The notes under the pieces are model-generated. The model was given only the letters and a program-made list of their open reading frames with translations, made no database searches and was not told the DNA's origin. This document shows, piece after piece, positions 27,376 to 36,888 of a stretch of DNA of 64,000 nt (positions are counted from its first letter, which is position 1; every line of letters starts with the position of its first letter). Origin of the DNA: a virus; IMG/VR virus record IMGVR_UViG_3300024346_009227, positions 52,975 to 116,974 of that record. One strand, given 5' to 3'. Made by a program: the position numbers and the translations under genes.

Positions 27376-28332
27376 TTAAAGAGAATCTATTGAGAAAGTA
27401 ACCCTTATACTAGATCTATACATAGGTGGAGCAGCAAACTGCTCTTGAGATCTAATTTTATCAAAAGATATCAGCTTCCATTGGTAGTCAGTTGTTATTT
27501 TTTCGTAATTTAATCCAGATGGAGCTATTTGCCCATCATATGTAAGTGGGTATTTTTGATCGGCTAAGAGCCTTGTCTTGTCTATGCCCCAAAATCTTTT
27601 TTCCCATTGATTAATAATAACATCATGAACTTGCCTTCTATCCCAAGGTGTCTCTGCAAAAACATGCATTAATATATCTTGTTTGTGAACTCTATTGATA
27701 GCTCCTAGCTCATAAGGTGTCATACTTACAGATGGCAATGTTTCTAAAACTATAGCAGGAAGCTGTATTCTATTTAGGGAAAGAACATCCCAAGCACCAG
27801 ACCCTTTAGACGAAAATTGAACATCATCAACTCTAAAGCTGTCGTATTGTATAGTTTGAAACCAAGGTATATCAGCAGATACAATTTTTACATTTCTGTA
27901 AGAATGTTCACATTTAACTGTGCTAGTTGTAGCTATTGGGGAATTAAAAATAATTTTACCTTCGGGATAATTTATCTTATATCCAGAAGGTCCAGATGTA
28001 TTTTTAGGTATAAAAGATGTGTTTACATATATACCACTAATGCTTATAGGCTGATGGGTATACTCAACTCCAGATTCCCATACCCAATCTGATCTAGCTC
28101 CTTCCCACACAGAACCATTTGCATATCTAGGATCTCTAGAGAGCCTCATTTTATAAGACGGCAAAGAATGTGAACCAACTCCTGTTGGGTAAACTCCTGT
28201 TGGAACATAGATATTTGTAAAAGCACCAGTACATAAAAATCCATTTTGCATAAACATATGAACAGATGTTTCTAATAAATCTGAAGTTAATGCATCACCA
28301 TAATTTGTTACGCCATGAAATTTTATACTCAT
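27376..28332 (-). CDS. putative tail terminator/completion protein
   Basis: 318 aa directly upstream of tail tube; C-terminal QLPAIVLE...DILMHVFAET..DR motif resembles tail terminators. Confidence 0.5.
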   Translation of the reverse strand: MSIKFHGVTNYGDALTSDLLETSVHMFMQNGFLCTGAFTNIYVPTGVYPTGVGSHSLPSYKMRLSRDPRYANGSVWEGARSDWVWESGVEYTHQPISISGIYVNTSFIPKNTSGPSGYKINYPEGKIIFNSPIATTSTVKCEHSYRNVKIVSADIPWFQTIQYDSFRVDDVQFSSKGSGAWDVLSLNRIQLPAIVLETLPSVSMTPYELGAINRVHKQDILMHVFAETPWDRRQVHDVIINQWEKRFWGIDKTRLLADQKYPLTYDGQIAPSGLNYEKITTDYQWKLISFDKIRSQEQFAAPPMYRSSIRVTFSIDSL

Positions 28333-28976
28333 TTCAATAATCCCTCTAAACCTTCTTTTAACTTCGTAAGCATGTCTACTTCTGTTGCAGCTAATGCCCT
28401 AGTTATCCAGTTGTCATCTATTGTTCCAGAATAGGCTGGATCTACTCTAAATCCTTTTGACATTTTTGGGGAAATCATTAATGCGTAACCGCTTCTTGAT
28501 CGAGGTGTATCCTTATAAATAACTTCATAATCAGCAATAATTATACTATCGCCAGCAGTTAGTAGCCATTTTAGCCAATCAACAGTATTTCCATTTGAAT
28601 CATAAGCCCCAAAATTTTTGTCTAATAAAAATTCTATTCCACCCTTCAATAACGATAATCTAATACCACCCAAACTTGCTGAAGTTGGTCCAAGTGCATT
28701 AAGCTGAATTGATGAGGATACTGCCTTAACAACTCTTTCTCCAACATTTTCTCCTGGCCTAAAACCAAAATCTTTTCTTAATTGTCCAATATCTAAAGAA
28801 TAGTATGTATCACTTGGATCTTTTCTTAGCTTGTTTTCAATATATTCAACAAGACTCGGTCTTATTTTTACAAGTAGTCGATCTATTGTGCTGCGAAGAG
28901 TTTGTTTTAGTTCTTTTACTACAGCTAATGCAAATTGTTGTTCGTCAAGTCTAACATCATATTTAAAAGAAGCCAT
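28329..28976 (-). CDS. putative neck/tail completion protein
   Basis: 215 aa; synteny in head-tail joining block. Confidence 0.45.
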   Translation of the reverse strand: MASFKYDVRLDEQQFALAVVKELKQTLRSTIDRLLVKIRPSLVEYIENKLRKDPSDTYYSLDIGQLRKDFGFRPGENVGERVVKAVSSSIQLNALGPTSASLGGIRLSLLKGGIEFLLDKNFGAYDSNGNTVDWLKWLLTAGDSIIIADYEVIYKDTPRSRSGYALMISPKMSKGFRVDPAYSGTIDDNWITRALAATEVDMLTKLKEGLEGLLK

Positions 28977-28977
28977 T

Positions 28978-29499
28978 TTAAGCTCCTATTCTATTCCATA
29001 CAGCAACCCAATATCTGTTTTGGACTATGTTTCCTTGATCAATAGGCTCGCCAGCAAGTTCATATGTATATCTAATCATTGGCTCTAAGCTTATTTGCAT
29101 AATCATTTTTCTTGACTGCAAAACATTTGCTAAATCTTTTATATATCCTTTAGTCTGAATTGTTCCCGCTGGATGCTGTATGTTTGCTGGAATTTTAACA
29201 AACCAATCAGAAGGACTATTTGATATTAAAAGCTTTATTGGGGTTGTACTTTCTGAAAAATGATAGCCCCTACCATCACATAAAGGGCAAATGCTTCCGT
29301 TTGGAAAAGGCATAGGTCCACCATTAGTCCAATGGTTTGATGACTTGTTACCGATTGGATCTATAATACAATTAACACAAGCACTTGGAAGTGGGGGATA
29401 TACCAATAGGCAATCCTTGCCCAATTGATCTATTAGGTCATCTATAGCATCTTGAGCTATTTTTTTAACATCATCAGATAATGTGAATAATTTGCCCAT
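28978..29499 (-). CDS. putative head-closure/neck protein with Cys motifs
   Basis: 173 aa; CVNC and CPLCDGRG motifs; synteny. Confidence 0.45.
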   Translation of the reverse strand: MGKLFTLSDDVKKIAQDAIDDLIDQLGKDCLLVYPPLPSACVNCIIDPIGNKSSNHWTNGGPMPFPNGSICPLCDGRGYHFSESTTPIKLLISNSPSDWFVKIPANIQHPAGTIQTKGYIKDLANVLQSRKMIMQISLEPMIRYTYELAGEPIDQGNIVQNRYWVAVWNRIGA

Positions 29500-29505
29500 A
29501 ATGTA

Positions 29506-29514
29506 TAATACACC
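29506..29514 (-). promoter_or_regulatory. putative late promoter motif GGTGTATTA (probably leaderless transcript)
   Basis: motif lies 6 nt upstream of the ATG at 29499, with no RBS. Confidence 0.5.
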
Positions 29515-29530
29515 ACTGATAATTATACAA

Positions 29531-31330
29531 TTAAAGCTTCTTTAAAATTAAATAATCATCTGAATACTTAAGCAAACTAAGTTTTTCTGATTTTTTATAA
29601 ATATCTGCAATTTCTTGATCTGCATTTACTATGATTAAAAAATCTTCTGGCCTTAAAAAAGTTTCTTGTTTTAACAATGAAAAATCAATAAGTTCTTGAG
29701 ACAAGCCTTTATAGTTAATTAATAATGTTCTAGTATTTTCATCTGGTGCTGCAAAATCATCTTCTTTATCTGTAAGAATAAAGTTTTCATAATTAAAGTT
29801 ATTTATGTATTTTTGAATTGATTCTTTACACATATTTTTGTATTCATCCACTCTAACTACCCCAAGGCCTTTTTGGCAAAGAGCAATGGTAGTTTGTAAT
29901 CCTTCTGAGCTTATATCTAAACAATATGAGTTATTTGCTGCCCAAACAATTTCTCTTACTGCTTCAACTGAAAGTCCACCATCAACATTAGTTAAAGGAA
30001 CATATTGAAATTTTAATCTCATTAATGCTTCTTCAAATGTGTACAAGATAGGAACAATTTTTTCTTTCTGGCATATATAAGAAAATTCAGTTGCTTCTTG
30101 ATAGTCATCTAGTACTTTTTTTGCAAAATCTTTACTTATCATCCATAAAGTTGAATCATCTAATTCATCAATATCAACAATCTTGTAAGATAATTGAGAA
30201 TGTGTTGTTTTCAAGCAGCCTTTATTTATTTGATCAAATATAGTTATTTTTGCCTGATTTGTTTTTATTAGTGGCCAAAAATCAAGCATGAAGTTAATGC
30301 TTTTTTCTAGTCTTAAATTGCCTTTGCAAATTAAAGCGTAATCATATTCTTCTGCAATAAACTTGTGAAGAGTTAACTTTAGATTTGCTCCAAGCATATA
30401 TTCTTTTTCTTTTTCCCATTTCATTTTTTTAAATGATTCTTCAGTAGTATTGCTTTCTCTTCCAATAATATAAGCTTTAATTTTTACATCATTTTTTTGT
30501 GCGGAAATTATAGGTGTTGGATTTCCAACTACTTTAGCAGAATCGGTAATTGATCTAAACAATTCATCTTGACTCACTTTTCCAGTAAAGTAAGTGATTG
30601 CCTCTCTATGATTCCAACCAAGTTCAGTCCAGCCAACTATATAATTGAATATTCTATCTACGATTTGTAGTGGGTAAGGAACGCCTTTTGGTCTGCTAAA
30701 TCTGTGTATCCATTTTAAAAATGGAAGACACAAAGACTTGCCACCATTCTGCCTTACTTTTTCTTGTATGTAACCTTCTTCACCACCAAAACCTCTGAAA
30801 TTTTTGTTGAATGTCGGCCAAACATCTCTTCTCATGCAGAAAACGCCTAGACCCTGCATAGGTATTTCAAATGGTTTTCCTTCGTGTACTCTTTTATCTG
30901 TTTCCCAAGTTCCATACATATGCCCTCTCCAACCTGGCTGAAAATGAGTAGATAAATCTCTTTGGTTGTCATACAAAAGTGGCCCTTGAATTAAATCTTT
31001 TGTGTTTTCATTTTCCCTTAAGTATTTTTTGAGTTCACTAATCACATCTTTTTTGAAAATAACATGACAATCAATGCACATTACAAATTTTCCAGTTGCC
31101 ATTTCAAAAACATGATTTCTAGACTGAGATGTTCCAGCTTTTTCTGGTGCGTGTATATACCTTGCTCCAACATGACCACAAGCATTTTTTGTGTCTTCAC
31201 AAGATTTTGGTTTTGTATCTACTATTAAAAGCTCTACATCTTCTAGATCGTGATAAGCTTTTAGTGCTTGAAGTGTAAAATAAACCCCATCAAAATCATC
31301 GTATGTAGCCATACCAATGGTTAAAAACAT
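29531..31330 (-). CDS. glycosyltransferase family 2 protein with C-terminal extension
   Basis: LTIGMATYDD...LLIVDT...GTSQSRN...ATGKFVMCIDCHV (GT-A DxD-like) ...FRGFGGEEGY. Confidence 0.85.
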   Translation of the reverse strand: MFLTIGMATYDDFDGVYFTLQALKAYHDLEDVELLIVDTKPKSCEDTKNACGHVGARYIHAPEKAGTSQSRNHVFEMATGKFVMCIDCHVIFKKDVISELKKYLRENENTKDLIQGPLLYDNQRDLSTHFQPGWRGHMYGTWETDKRVHEGKPFEIPMQGLGVFCMRRDVWPTFNKNFRGFGGEEGYIQEKVRQNGGKSLCLPFLKWIHRFSRPKGVPYPLQIVDRIFNYIVGWTELGWNHREAITYFTGKVSQDELFRSITDSAKVVGNPTPIISAQKNDVKIKAYIIGRESNTTEESFKKMKWEKEKEYMLGANLKLTLHKFIAEEYDYALICKGNLRLEKSINFMLDFWPLIKTNQAKITIFDQINKGCLKTTHSQLSYKIVDIDELDDSTLWMISKDFAKKVLDDYQEATEFSYICQKEKIVPILYTFEEALMRLKFQYVPLTNVDGGLSVEAVREIVWAANNSYCLDISSEGLQTTIALCQKGLGVVRVDEYKNMCKESIQKYINNFNYENFILTDKEDDFAAPDENTRTLLINYKGLSQELIDFSLLKQETFLRPEDFLIIVNADQEIADIYKKSEKLSLLKYSDDYLILKKL

Positions 31331-31359
31331 AAATCCTCCTTTAATTTCCTAAGTCTTAA

Positions 31360-31818
31360 CTAAGCTTGTTTTGCAACAAACAAACCAGATAGCTCAACTG
31401 AATAAACATTGACCGCATCCAATGGAACAAATCCATTTTCAAATACTAATTCTTGATTTGATGACAAATTATATGATGTAGTTGTATCAGCATCTTCACC
31501 AAAATTCAAGTACATAATTCCAGTAGAATTGTTTTTAAAGTAAAAATAATTTCTTCCTGATTTTGCAGGGAAAATTTGTTGGCTAATTCCTGTTGCAACA
31601 ATAGCACTAGAGCCATCTTCAAGACTATCGCTCATGCTGGTATCTACATTGTAATAACCAAAATTTCTACTCAAATTTACTGGTTCAATATCAGAAAATG
31701 TTCTAACATCAACCCTATTGTAAGTAGTTACTTCTCCAGAAGGATGCCCTTCAGTTGATTGAATAGTCGAAGACCCAATTTTAATAACACCGCTATTAAT
31801 TATATGATGAGTTGCCAT
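31360..31818 (-). CDS. hypothetical virion protein
   Basis: 152-aa ORF with RBS; RNYFYFKNNS..IMYLNFG beta-sandwich-like motif. Confidence 0.6.
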   Translation of the reverse strand: MATHHIINSGVIKIGSSTIQSTEGHPSGEVTTYNRVDVRTFSDIEPVNLSRNFGYYNVDTSMSDSLEDGSSAIVATGISQQIFPAKSGRNYFYFKNNSTGIMYLNFGEDADTTTSYNLSSNQELVFENGFVPLDAVNVYSVELSGLFVAKQA

Positions 31819-31829
31819 CTACCTACTCC

Positions 31830-32360
31830 TTATCTTGGGAAAAATGTTCTACCTTCATTGCTAGTATAATAAACCTGATCTCTAGAACCAGCAAATATTC
31901 TAAATGGACTCATTATAGCAGCACCAGCTATAGATCCAATTCTAGCAGTTTGATATTCTAGTTTAACTTCTTCGTAAACAGAACACCAACCCTTTTCTAG
32001 CAATTTCATTCTACCATCCATAGTTCCACGCAAGTCAATAGAAGAACTGCCATCCCTAATAGCAATTCCTTGACCAACAGCCCTTCTTGTCTCGCCACGC
32101 TCTATTAAACATGCTGATTTTATAGTTACTAAATTTATAAAGTTATCATCTCTAGTAGTTGCCCTATCTACTGGACTAGGCTCAATTGTAAGTGCTTGAA
32201 TATCAACTTGAAAATTATTTGCAAATTTTAGTTCTGAAGTAACTAGTTGAGCAGCAACAGCAATCACTTGCGTAAGTCGTTTGTCTGTATATAGTTGTGG
32301 AGAAACTAAGTCATCTAATAAAACTCTCAATAATGTTATAAATTCTGCTTGCCAGTACAT
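31830..32360 (-). CDS. putative head-tail adaptor protein
   Basis: 176 aa; LRVLLDD...YTDKRL helical N-terminus like gp6/gp15-type adaptors; GAGG RBS. Confidence 0.55.
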   Translation of the reverse strand: MYWQAEFITLLRVLLDDLVSPQLYTDKRLTQVIAVAAQLVTSELKFANNFQVDIQALTIEPSPVDRATTRDDNFINLVTIKSACLIERGETRRAVGQGIAIRDGSSSIDLRGTMDGRMKLLEKGWCSVYEEVKLEYQTARIGSIAGAAIMSPFRIFAGSRDQVYYTSNEGRTFFPR

Positions 32361-32395
32361 AATAACCTCTATGGTTAGAGCATTGTTTCAATTAA

Positions 32396-32404
32396 TAATA
32401 CACC
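32396..32404 (-). promoter_or_regulatory. putative late promoter motif GGTGTATTA
   Basis: same motif, in the intergenic gap upstream of 32360. Confidence 0.55.
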
Positions 32405-32409
32405 ATATT

Positions 32410-33054
32410 TTAATCGGTAAATGGTGGCACTATAACTATATTGCCAACAGATAGTGTGACTATATGTCCATTAGACAAGGTAGATCTAAACTCATAAGAC
32501 CATCTTCCTGCCCCAATTTGACTTAATTCTTCATTACTAAGCTCTACTCTTAGAGATGTTTGATTAAGAAGTTCTGCAATTTTAGTAAATGTTGGTCTAG
32601 AATCTATAATGAATTCTGTAGTTGAACCAATAAGATCTGGCCAATCAACAGAAGTTATATCTATAGATCTAGATTCTTCTACTAAATAATCATCTGTCAA
32701 TCTTAACTCTATAGGATTTTCTGGATTAATTGGTATTGGGTTTGTTAATGCAGGAACACCAATTCCAGTAGAGCTACATCTTGTGCTAACTTTAACATCT
32801 ATGTTTTCATATTCTTCTGGATTAATTGCTAAAACACCAAGAAATTCAACCCCACAATAAAATTTGATAGCACCTCTAAAAGATGCTGGTATTGTTGGAG
32901 TAAATAAAAAGTAGCCATTAGTTAAATTTACAAATCCAGTTGTATATGGAGTACTATAATTTGTTCCATTTCCGTTTATTAATTGTGCAGATAAAGTTGT
33001 GCAATTTTCATAATTTTTGCCAAAAGATAAGCTTATACCCATTTCAAATGCCAT
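32410..33054 (-). CDS. hypothetical virion protein; C-terminal domain paralogous to 33056..33409
   Basis: GGAG RBS before ATG at 33054; shares LR.TDDY...IGAGRWSYE.RS motifs with its neighbour. Confidence 0.65.
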   Translation of the reverse strand: MAFEMGISLSFGKNYENCTTLSAQLINGNGTNYSTPYTTGFVNLTNGYFLFTPTIPASFRGAIKFYCGVEFLGVLAINPEEYENIDVKVSTRCSSTGIGVPALTNPIPINPENPIELRLTDDYLVEESRSIDITSVDWPDLIGSTTEFIIDSRPTFTKIAELLNQTSLRVELSNEELSQIGAGRWSYEFRSTLSNGHIVTLSVGNIVIVPPFTD

Positions 33055-33055
33055 G

Positions 33056-33409
33056 TTAATCTCCAAAAGCAGGAGTTATAATTAAATTTCCAAAACTTAC
33101 AGTTACAGTATGGCCACTAAGAAAAACAGATCTAATTTCATAAGACCATCTTCCAGCACCAATACTTTGTAAATCTGTACTGCTAAGTTCAAGTCTTAAG
33201 GTTTTACTATCAATATAAGAAGTTATTTTTGAAAAGTTTAATTTTCCATCAACATAAAACATTGTTGTAACTTCACTTAGATTTGGATAATCATCAGAGG
33301 TGAAATCTATAGCTCTACCATCTATTGCATAATAGTCATCTGTTGACCTTAAATCTAATGTTTCACCAGCAACAAAAGTGATCATTTTTGCACAAACCCA
33401 CTTGTACAT
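33056..33409 (-). CDS. hypothetical virion protein (single beta-rich domain)
   Basis: 117-aa ORF (start may be 33385); paralog of the C-terminal domain of the downstream gene. Confidence 0.65.
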   Translation of the reverse strand: MYKWVCAKMITFVAGETLDLRSTDDYYAIDGRAIDFTSDDYPNLSEVTTMFYVDGKLNFSKITSYIDSKTLRLELSSTDLQSIGAGRWSYEIRSVFLSGHTVTVSFGNLIITPAFGD

Positions 33410-33481
33410 ATGTAATCAGACTGATTGCTATTTAATACGGTATACTCAATAGCAACAATAGTATCATTTGTGTAAATAACT

Positions 33482-33769
33482 TCATTCTGCATTTGCTGTT
33501 TCCTTTTTAGTCCTTTTGAGTTCATGCAATTCTCTAGTGTTCAACAGTATCTGATTAAGTATGCCCATAGTATTTTCTTGGCTTTTAACTACACTTTCTA
33601 GTCCATTTTCTAATCTGTCTATAAATTTGATATGCCTATCATGCAAAGGAAGGATAATCTTCTCGCCCAACCAATTTGCTGCTTTATAGGTTGTCCAAAC
33701 AAAGAATATTAAGAAACTACAAGAAACACCCAATCGTTCAACTAATAGGACAATTTCTTTTTCATCCAT
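33482..33769 (-). CDS. putative holin-like membrane protein
   Basis: one N-terminal hydrophobic helix (LGVSCSFLIFFVWTTY), then coiled-coil and basic tail; ATG at 33769. Confidence 0.45.
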   Translation of the reverse strand: MDEKEIVLLVERLGVSCSFLIFFVWTTYKAANWLGEKIILPLHDRHIKFIDRLENGLESVVKSQENTMGILNQILLNTRELHELKRTKKETANAE

Positions 33770-33804
33770 TGTTCTAACCCCCAAATAATGTAGTTGTGCC
33801 TACA

Positions 33805-34365
33805 TTAAATTACACCTGTCACTCCAACTTCTGTGGCATTCTCTACTACCTTTCTTTTTTCTGCAAAGGTGCTAGCTAAGATTGAACGAGCTTGACCATA
33901 TTCTAAAAGAACAGCAGTCATTTCTTCTATAGACGAGAAAACAACAGGCGTATTATCCATGCTAATTAGGTTGGGAAGTTCTAGGCCCAATGCTGCTGCC
34001 TCTTTTGCAAGAGAAAATACACCCACAAGAAGGGCGACATCAGAGGGGGAAATTCCTAAACGATAGCCACGACCAGAATCCCAACCAACTTTTTCTAAAG
34101 CTGCCCATTCATTATCTATATTTTGAAATGACCATGCCTTTGCTTGAGATAGAGCGTCTGGAGGTGCAGCAGCTATATAATCCCATGTTTGATCAGCAAG
34201 CTTAGATATAAATTTGCCAATTTCTGAATCAAGTAAAACTGGCATGGTTATATTTCTTGAAACACCATCTGAATTTGTTTTAATCAGATTAATGTTGTAT
34301 ATGTCCTCTGTTGCTATTCCAGAGTTATCTATCCTGTTTGTCAGTATAATGCTTAAACTTAACAT
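33805..34365 (-). CDS. putative tail fibre assembly/chaperone protein
   Basis: 186 aa directly after the fibre-tip genes; C-terminal half loosely resembles DUF4376-like fibre-associated proteins. Confidence 0.35.
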   Translation of the reverse strand: MLSLSIILTNRIDNSGIATEDIYNINLIKTNSDGVSRNITMPVLLDSEIGKFISKLADQTWDYIAAAPPDALSQAKAWSFQNIDNEWAALEKVGWDSGRGYRLGISPSDVALLVGVFSLAKEAAALGLELPNLISMDNTPVVFSSIEEMTAVLLEYGQARSILASTFAEKRKVVENATEVGVTGVI

Positions 34366-34373
34366 TTTTTCTC

Positions 34374-35057
34374 CTATGCTTTTATGATAAAATTAACGAC
34401 TATCGCTGGTGGAATAATGCCGAATGCAGTTCCACCTCCAGTACTGGAATTAGTAACGGTATGGTTATGGTTAGTGCTTTCAGTTCCTGTGGTAGTTGCA
34501 TGGCTATGATCTTGATTAGCTGCTTGCATGTTAGGAGTTCCATTAGCACTTCTGCCAGCACCATCTCTCAAACCATATGATCCAGACGATCCTACATTTC
34601 TTCCCCAACCATGTGTATGATCAGCAGACACTGTACCACTTGTTCCTGAGTGTGTATGATTAGCGGTTTGCGTTCCTACTGTTGTAGCATGAGTGTGAGA
34701 AGCCATGTTAGCTTCAGATAAAGCAACTGTTTCTGCTCCTACATTTGATCCCAAAGTTCTAGTAGTTAGAGAAGTACCTGTTCCTGCACAAATTGGAATC
34801 CTACCCCTCATATCGGGCAAAGTAAAAGTATCGTTAGAATTTCCAGAACCATAAGTAGTTCCAATAACTTTAAATAAATCGCCATAATCCTTTCTACTAA
34901 CAGCACTTCCATTGCATAAAAGCCATCCGTTAGGAACTACAGATCCAGCAAAAAATCTTATAACACCAATAGGAGTAATGGATGATTGTAAACCTTGAAA
35001 GGAACTACCCTTAGGAGAATTAGTCGGTATCGAATTATAAGAAAAAGATCCAGCCAA
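34374..35057 (-). CDS. tail collar domain protein with His-x-His rich tip (copy 3)
   Basis: PIGVIRFFAGS..PNGWLLCNGSAVSR..Y..LF.VIGTTYG...FTLPDMRGR; many HTH/HSH motifs; C-terminal NFIIK; TTG start. Confidence 0.85.
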   Translation of the reverse strand: MAGSFSYNSIPTNSPKGSSFQGLQSSITPIGVIRFFAGSVVPNGWLLCNGSAVSRKDYGDLFKVIGTTYGSGNSNDTFTLPDMRGRIPICAGTGTSLTTRTLGSNVGAETVALSEANMASHTHATTVGTQTANHTHSGTSGTVSADHTHGWGRNVGSSGSYGLRDGAGRSANGTPNMQAANQDHSHATTTGTESTNHNHTVTNSSTGGGTAFGIIPPAIVVNFIIKA

Positions 35058-35064
35058 TTTACAC

Positions 35065-35748
35065 CTATATTTTTATAATGAAATTAACAACTATGGATGG
35101 AGGCATAATGCCAAATGCCGTTCCGCTTCCAGTATTAGAGTTAGACACCGAATGATTGTGATTGGCACTTTCCGTTCCTGTTGTAGTAGCATGAGTATGG
35201 TTTTGCTGAATGCCACCAGTATTAGGTTGACCAGAACTACTAGCTGTTCCTGAGTCCATCAACCCATATGAACCAGATGTACCCGCAGTATGACTAAAGT
35301 AGTGGTTGTGATTTGTACTTTCACCCCCACTTGTTCCTGTGTGTGTATGTGTAACACTTTCTGTTCCAACTGTGGTTGCATGTGTATGAGAAGGCAAATT
35401 AGTTTCTGCTAATGTCGCTGTTTCTGCACCAAGAGTTGCTGCCAATGCCCTTGTGGTTAAACCAGAACCAGAACCAACACCAATAGGTAGTCTGCCTCTC
35501 ATGTCTGGTAAAGTAAATGTATTGTTAGAATTACCAACACCATAAGTAGTACCTATAATTTTAAATAAATCACTAAAAGCTATTCTGCTTACAATGCTTC
35601 CGTCACAAATTAACCATCCAATTGGAGCAACGGAACCAGCAAACATTTCTATTACACCAGTCGGTATGATTGGTGTTTTTATAGGCTCAAACGAACTACC
35701 TTTAGGGGAGTTAGTTGGTATCGAATTATAGGAAAAAGATCCAGCCAA
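35065..35748 (-). CDS. tail collar domain protein with His-x-His rich tip (copy 2)
   Basis: same motifs; TTG start. Confidence 0.85.
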   Translation of the reverse strand: MAGSFSYNSIPTNSPKGSSFEPIKTPIIPTGVIEMFAGSVAPIGWLICDGSIVSRIAFSDLFKIIGTTYGVGNSNNTFTLPDMRGRLPIGVGSGSGLTTRALAATLGAETATLAETNLPSHTHATTVGTESVTHTHTGTSGGESTNHNHYFSHTAGTSGSYGLMDSGTASSSGQPNTGGIQQNHTHATTTGTESANHNHSVSNSNTGSGTAFGIMPPSIVVNFIIKI

Positions 35749-35755
35749 TTTTCAC

Positions 35756-36442
35756 CTATATCTTTATAATAAAATTAATGGCTATTGATGGAGGCATAAT
35801 CCCGAATGCAGTTCCACTACCTGTGTTAGAATTTGTAACTGAATGAGTATGTGTGGCACTTTGAGTTCCAAATGTAGTTGAATGAGTATGACCAACAGAA
35901 TTACCACCTGTTAATGGTGTTCCCGAACTGCTAGCAGTGGTTGAATCTATAATACCAACTTGTAAACCAGTAGTTCCTATAGGCTTATTGTAACTGTGCG
36001 TATGATTAACACTATGGCCACCGCTTGTACCTGTGTGAGTATGATTAGCACTTTGTGTTCCAACTGTAGCGGTATGGGTATGTGGTGGAAGATTTGTTTC
36101 TGCTAATGTTACTGTCTCTGCACCAATATTCGCCCCTAAAGTTCTAGCAGTAAGCGATGTGCCTGTTCCAGCACCTATGGGTAATCGCCCTCTCATATCT
36201 GGTAATGCAAATGTGGTGTTGGAATTACCAGCCCCATATGTGGTTCCAATAACTTTGAATAAATCGCCATAAGTCTTTCTACTGACAGCACTTCCGTCAC
36301 ATATAAGCCACCCATTTGGAGCAGTAGAACCAGCAAACATTTGAATAATACCAGACGATATAGTAGTCTCTTGAACTGCTTGAAACGCAGAACCTTTTGG
36401 AGAATTGCTTGGTATCATGCCATAGCTAAACGCTCCAGCCAT
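35756..36442 (-). CDS. tail collar domain protein with His-x-His rich tip (copy 1)
   Basis: same motifs; start ATG at 36442 (MAGAFSYG) inferred from homology with paralogs and TAATG overlap. Confidence 0.85.
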   Translation of the reverse strand: MAGAFSYGMIPSNSPKGSAFQAVQETTISSGIIQMFAGSTAPNGWLICDGSAVSRKTYGDLFKVIGTTYGAGNSNTTFALPDMRGRLPIGAGTGTSLTARTLGANIGAETVTLAETNLPPHTHTATVGTQSANHTHTGTSGGHSVNHTHSYNKPIGTTGLQVGIIDSTTASSSGTPLTGGNSVGHTHSTTFGTQSATHTHSVTNSNTGSGTAFGIMPPSIAINFIIKI

Positions 36443-36888
36443 TAATAACTTCCCCCCATTACACAAACTTGCAATGCAGTAGTACTAGCAGTAGTAGTAA
36501 CACTAACAGAGGCAAAAAGTTTAAATGTAGATGGCAAAACAAGAGGATTGGCAAAAGTCAATGTGGTAGTAAATCCAGCAACAGTAGTTGAAGGAGTTAC
36601 AGCGGTCACAAGTATTTCTGTAAACAAATAAGCTGTAGTACCATCATGTACCCATATGCCTACGATATTACCAGCGGTAGGTGCTGTAAAAGCGGTAGAG
36701 CAAGCATTGACTTGAATAGCATCAATTCTTAGCCCATTAGTAGAAGTGGGTACAACCTCTACTATATTTGCTGCTGCAAGACTAGCTGTTACTGTTGGAC
36801 CTCTAGTTGTACACGCTGTTTGTGCTGCAAGTGTTTTTGCAACAAAGTATGGAGCTTGAGGAAAAATAGGTGTTGATGTAACTGGCAT
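36442..36888 (-). CDS. hypothetical fibre-associated protein
   Basis: 148-aa Thr/Ala/Val-rich ORF, translationally coupled on both sides. Confidence 0.7.
   Translation of the reverse strand: MPVTSTPIFPQAPYFVAKTLAAQTACTTRGPTVTASLAAANIVEVVPTSTNGLRIDAIQVNACSTAFTAPTAGNIVGIWVHDGTTAYLFTEILVTAVTPSTTVAGFTTTLTFANPLVLPSTFKLFASVSVTTTASTTALQVCVMGGSY

Noticed and set aside
34374-36442. Diversity-generating retroelement or invertible shufflon acting on the three tip genes
   Set aside because: No reverse transcriptase or invertase in the window; all copies are intact, in the same orientation, and differences are not adenine-specific
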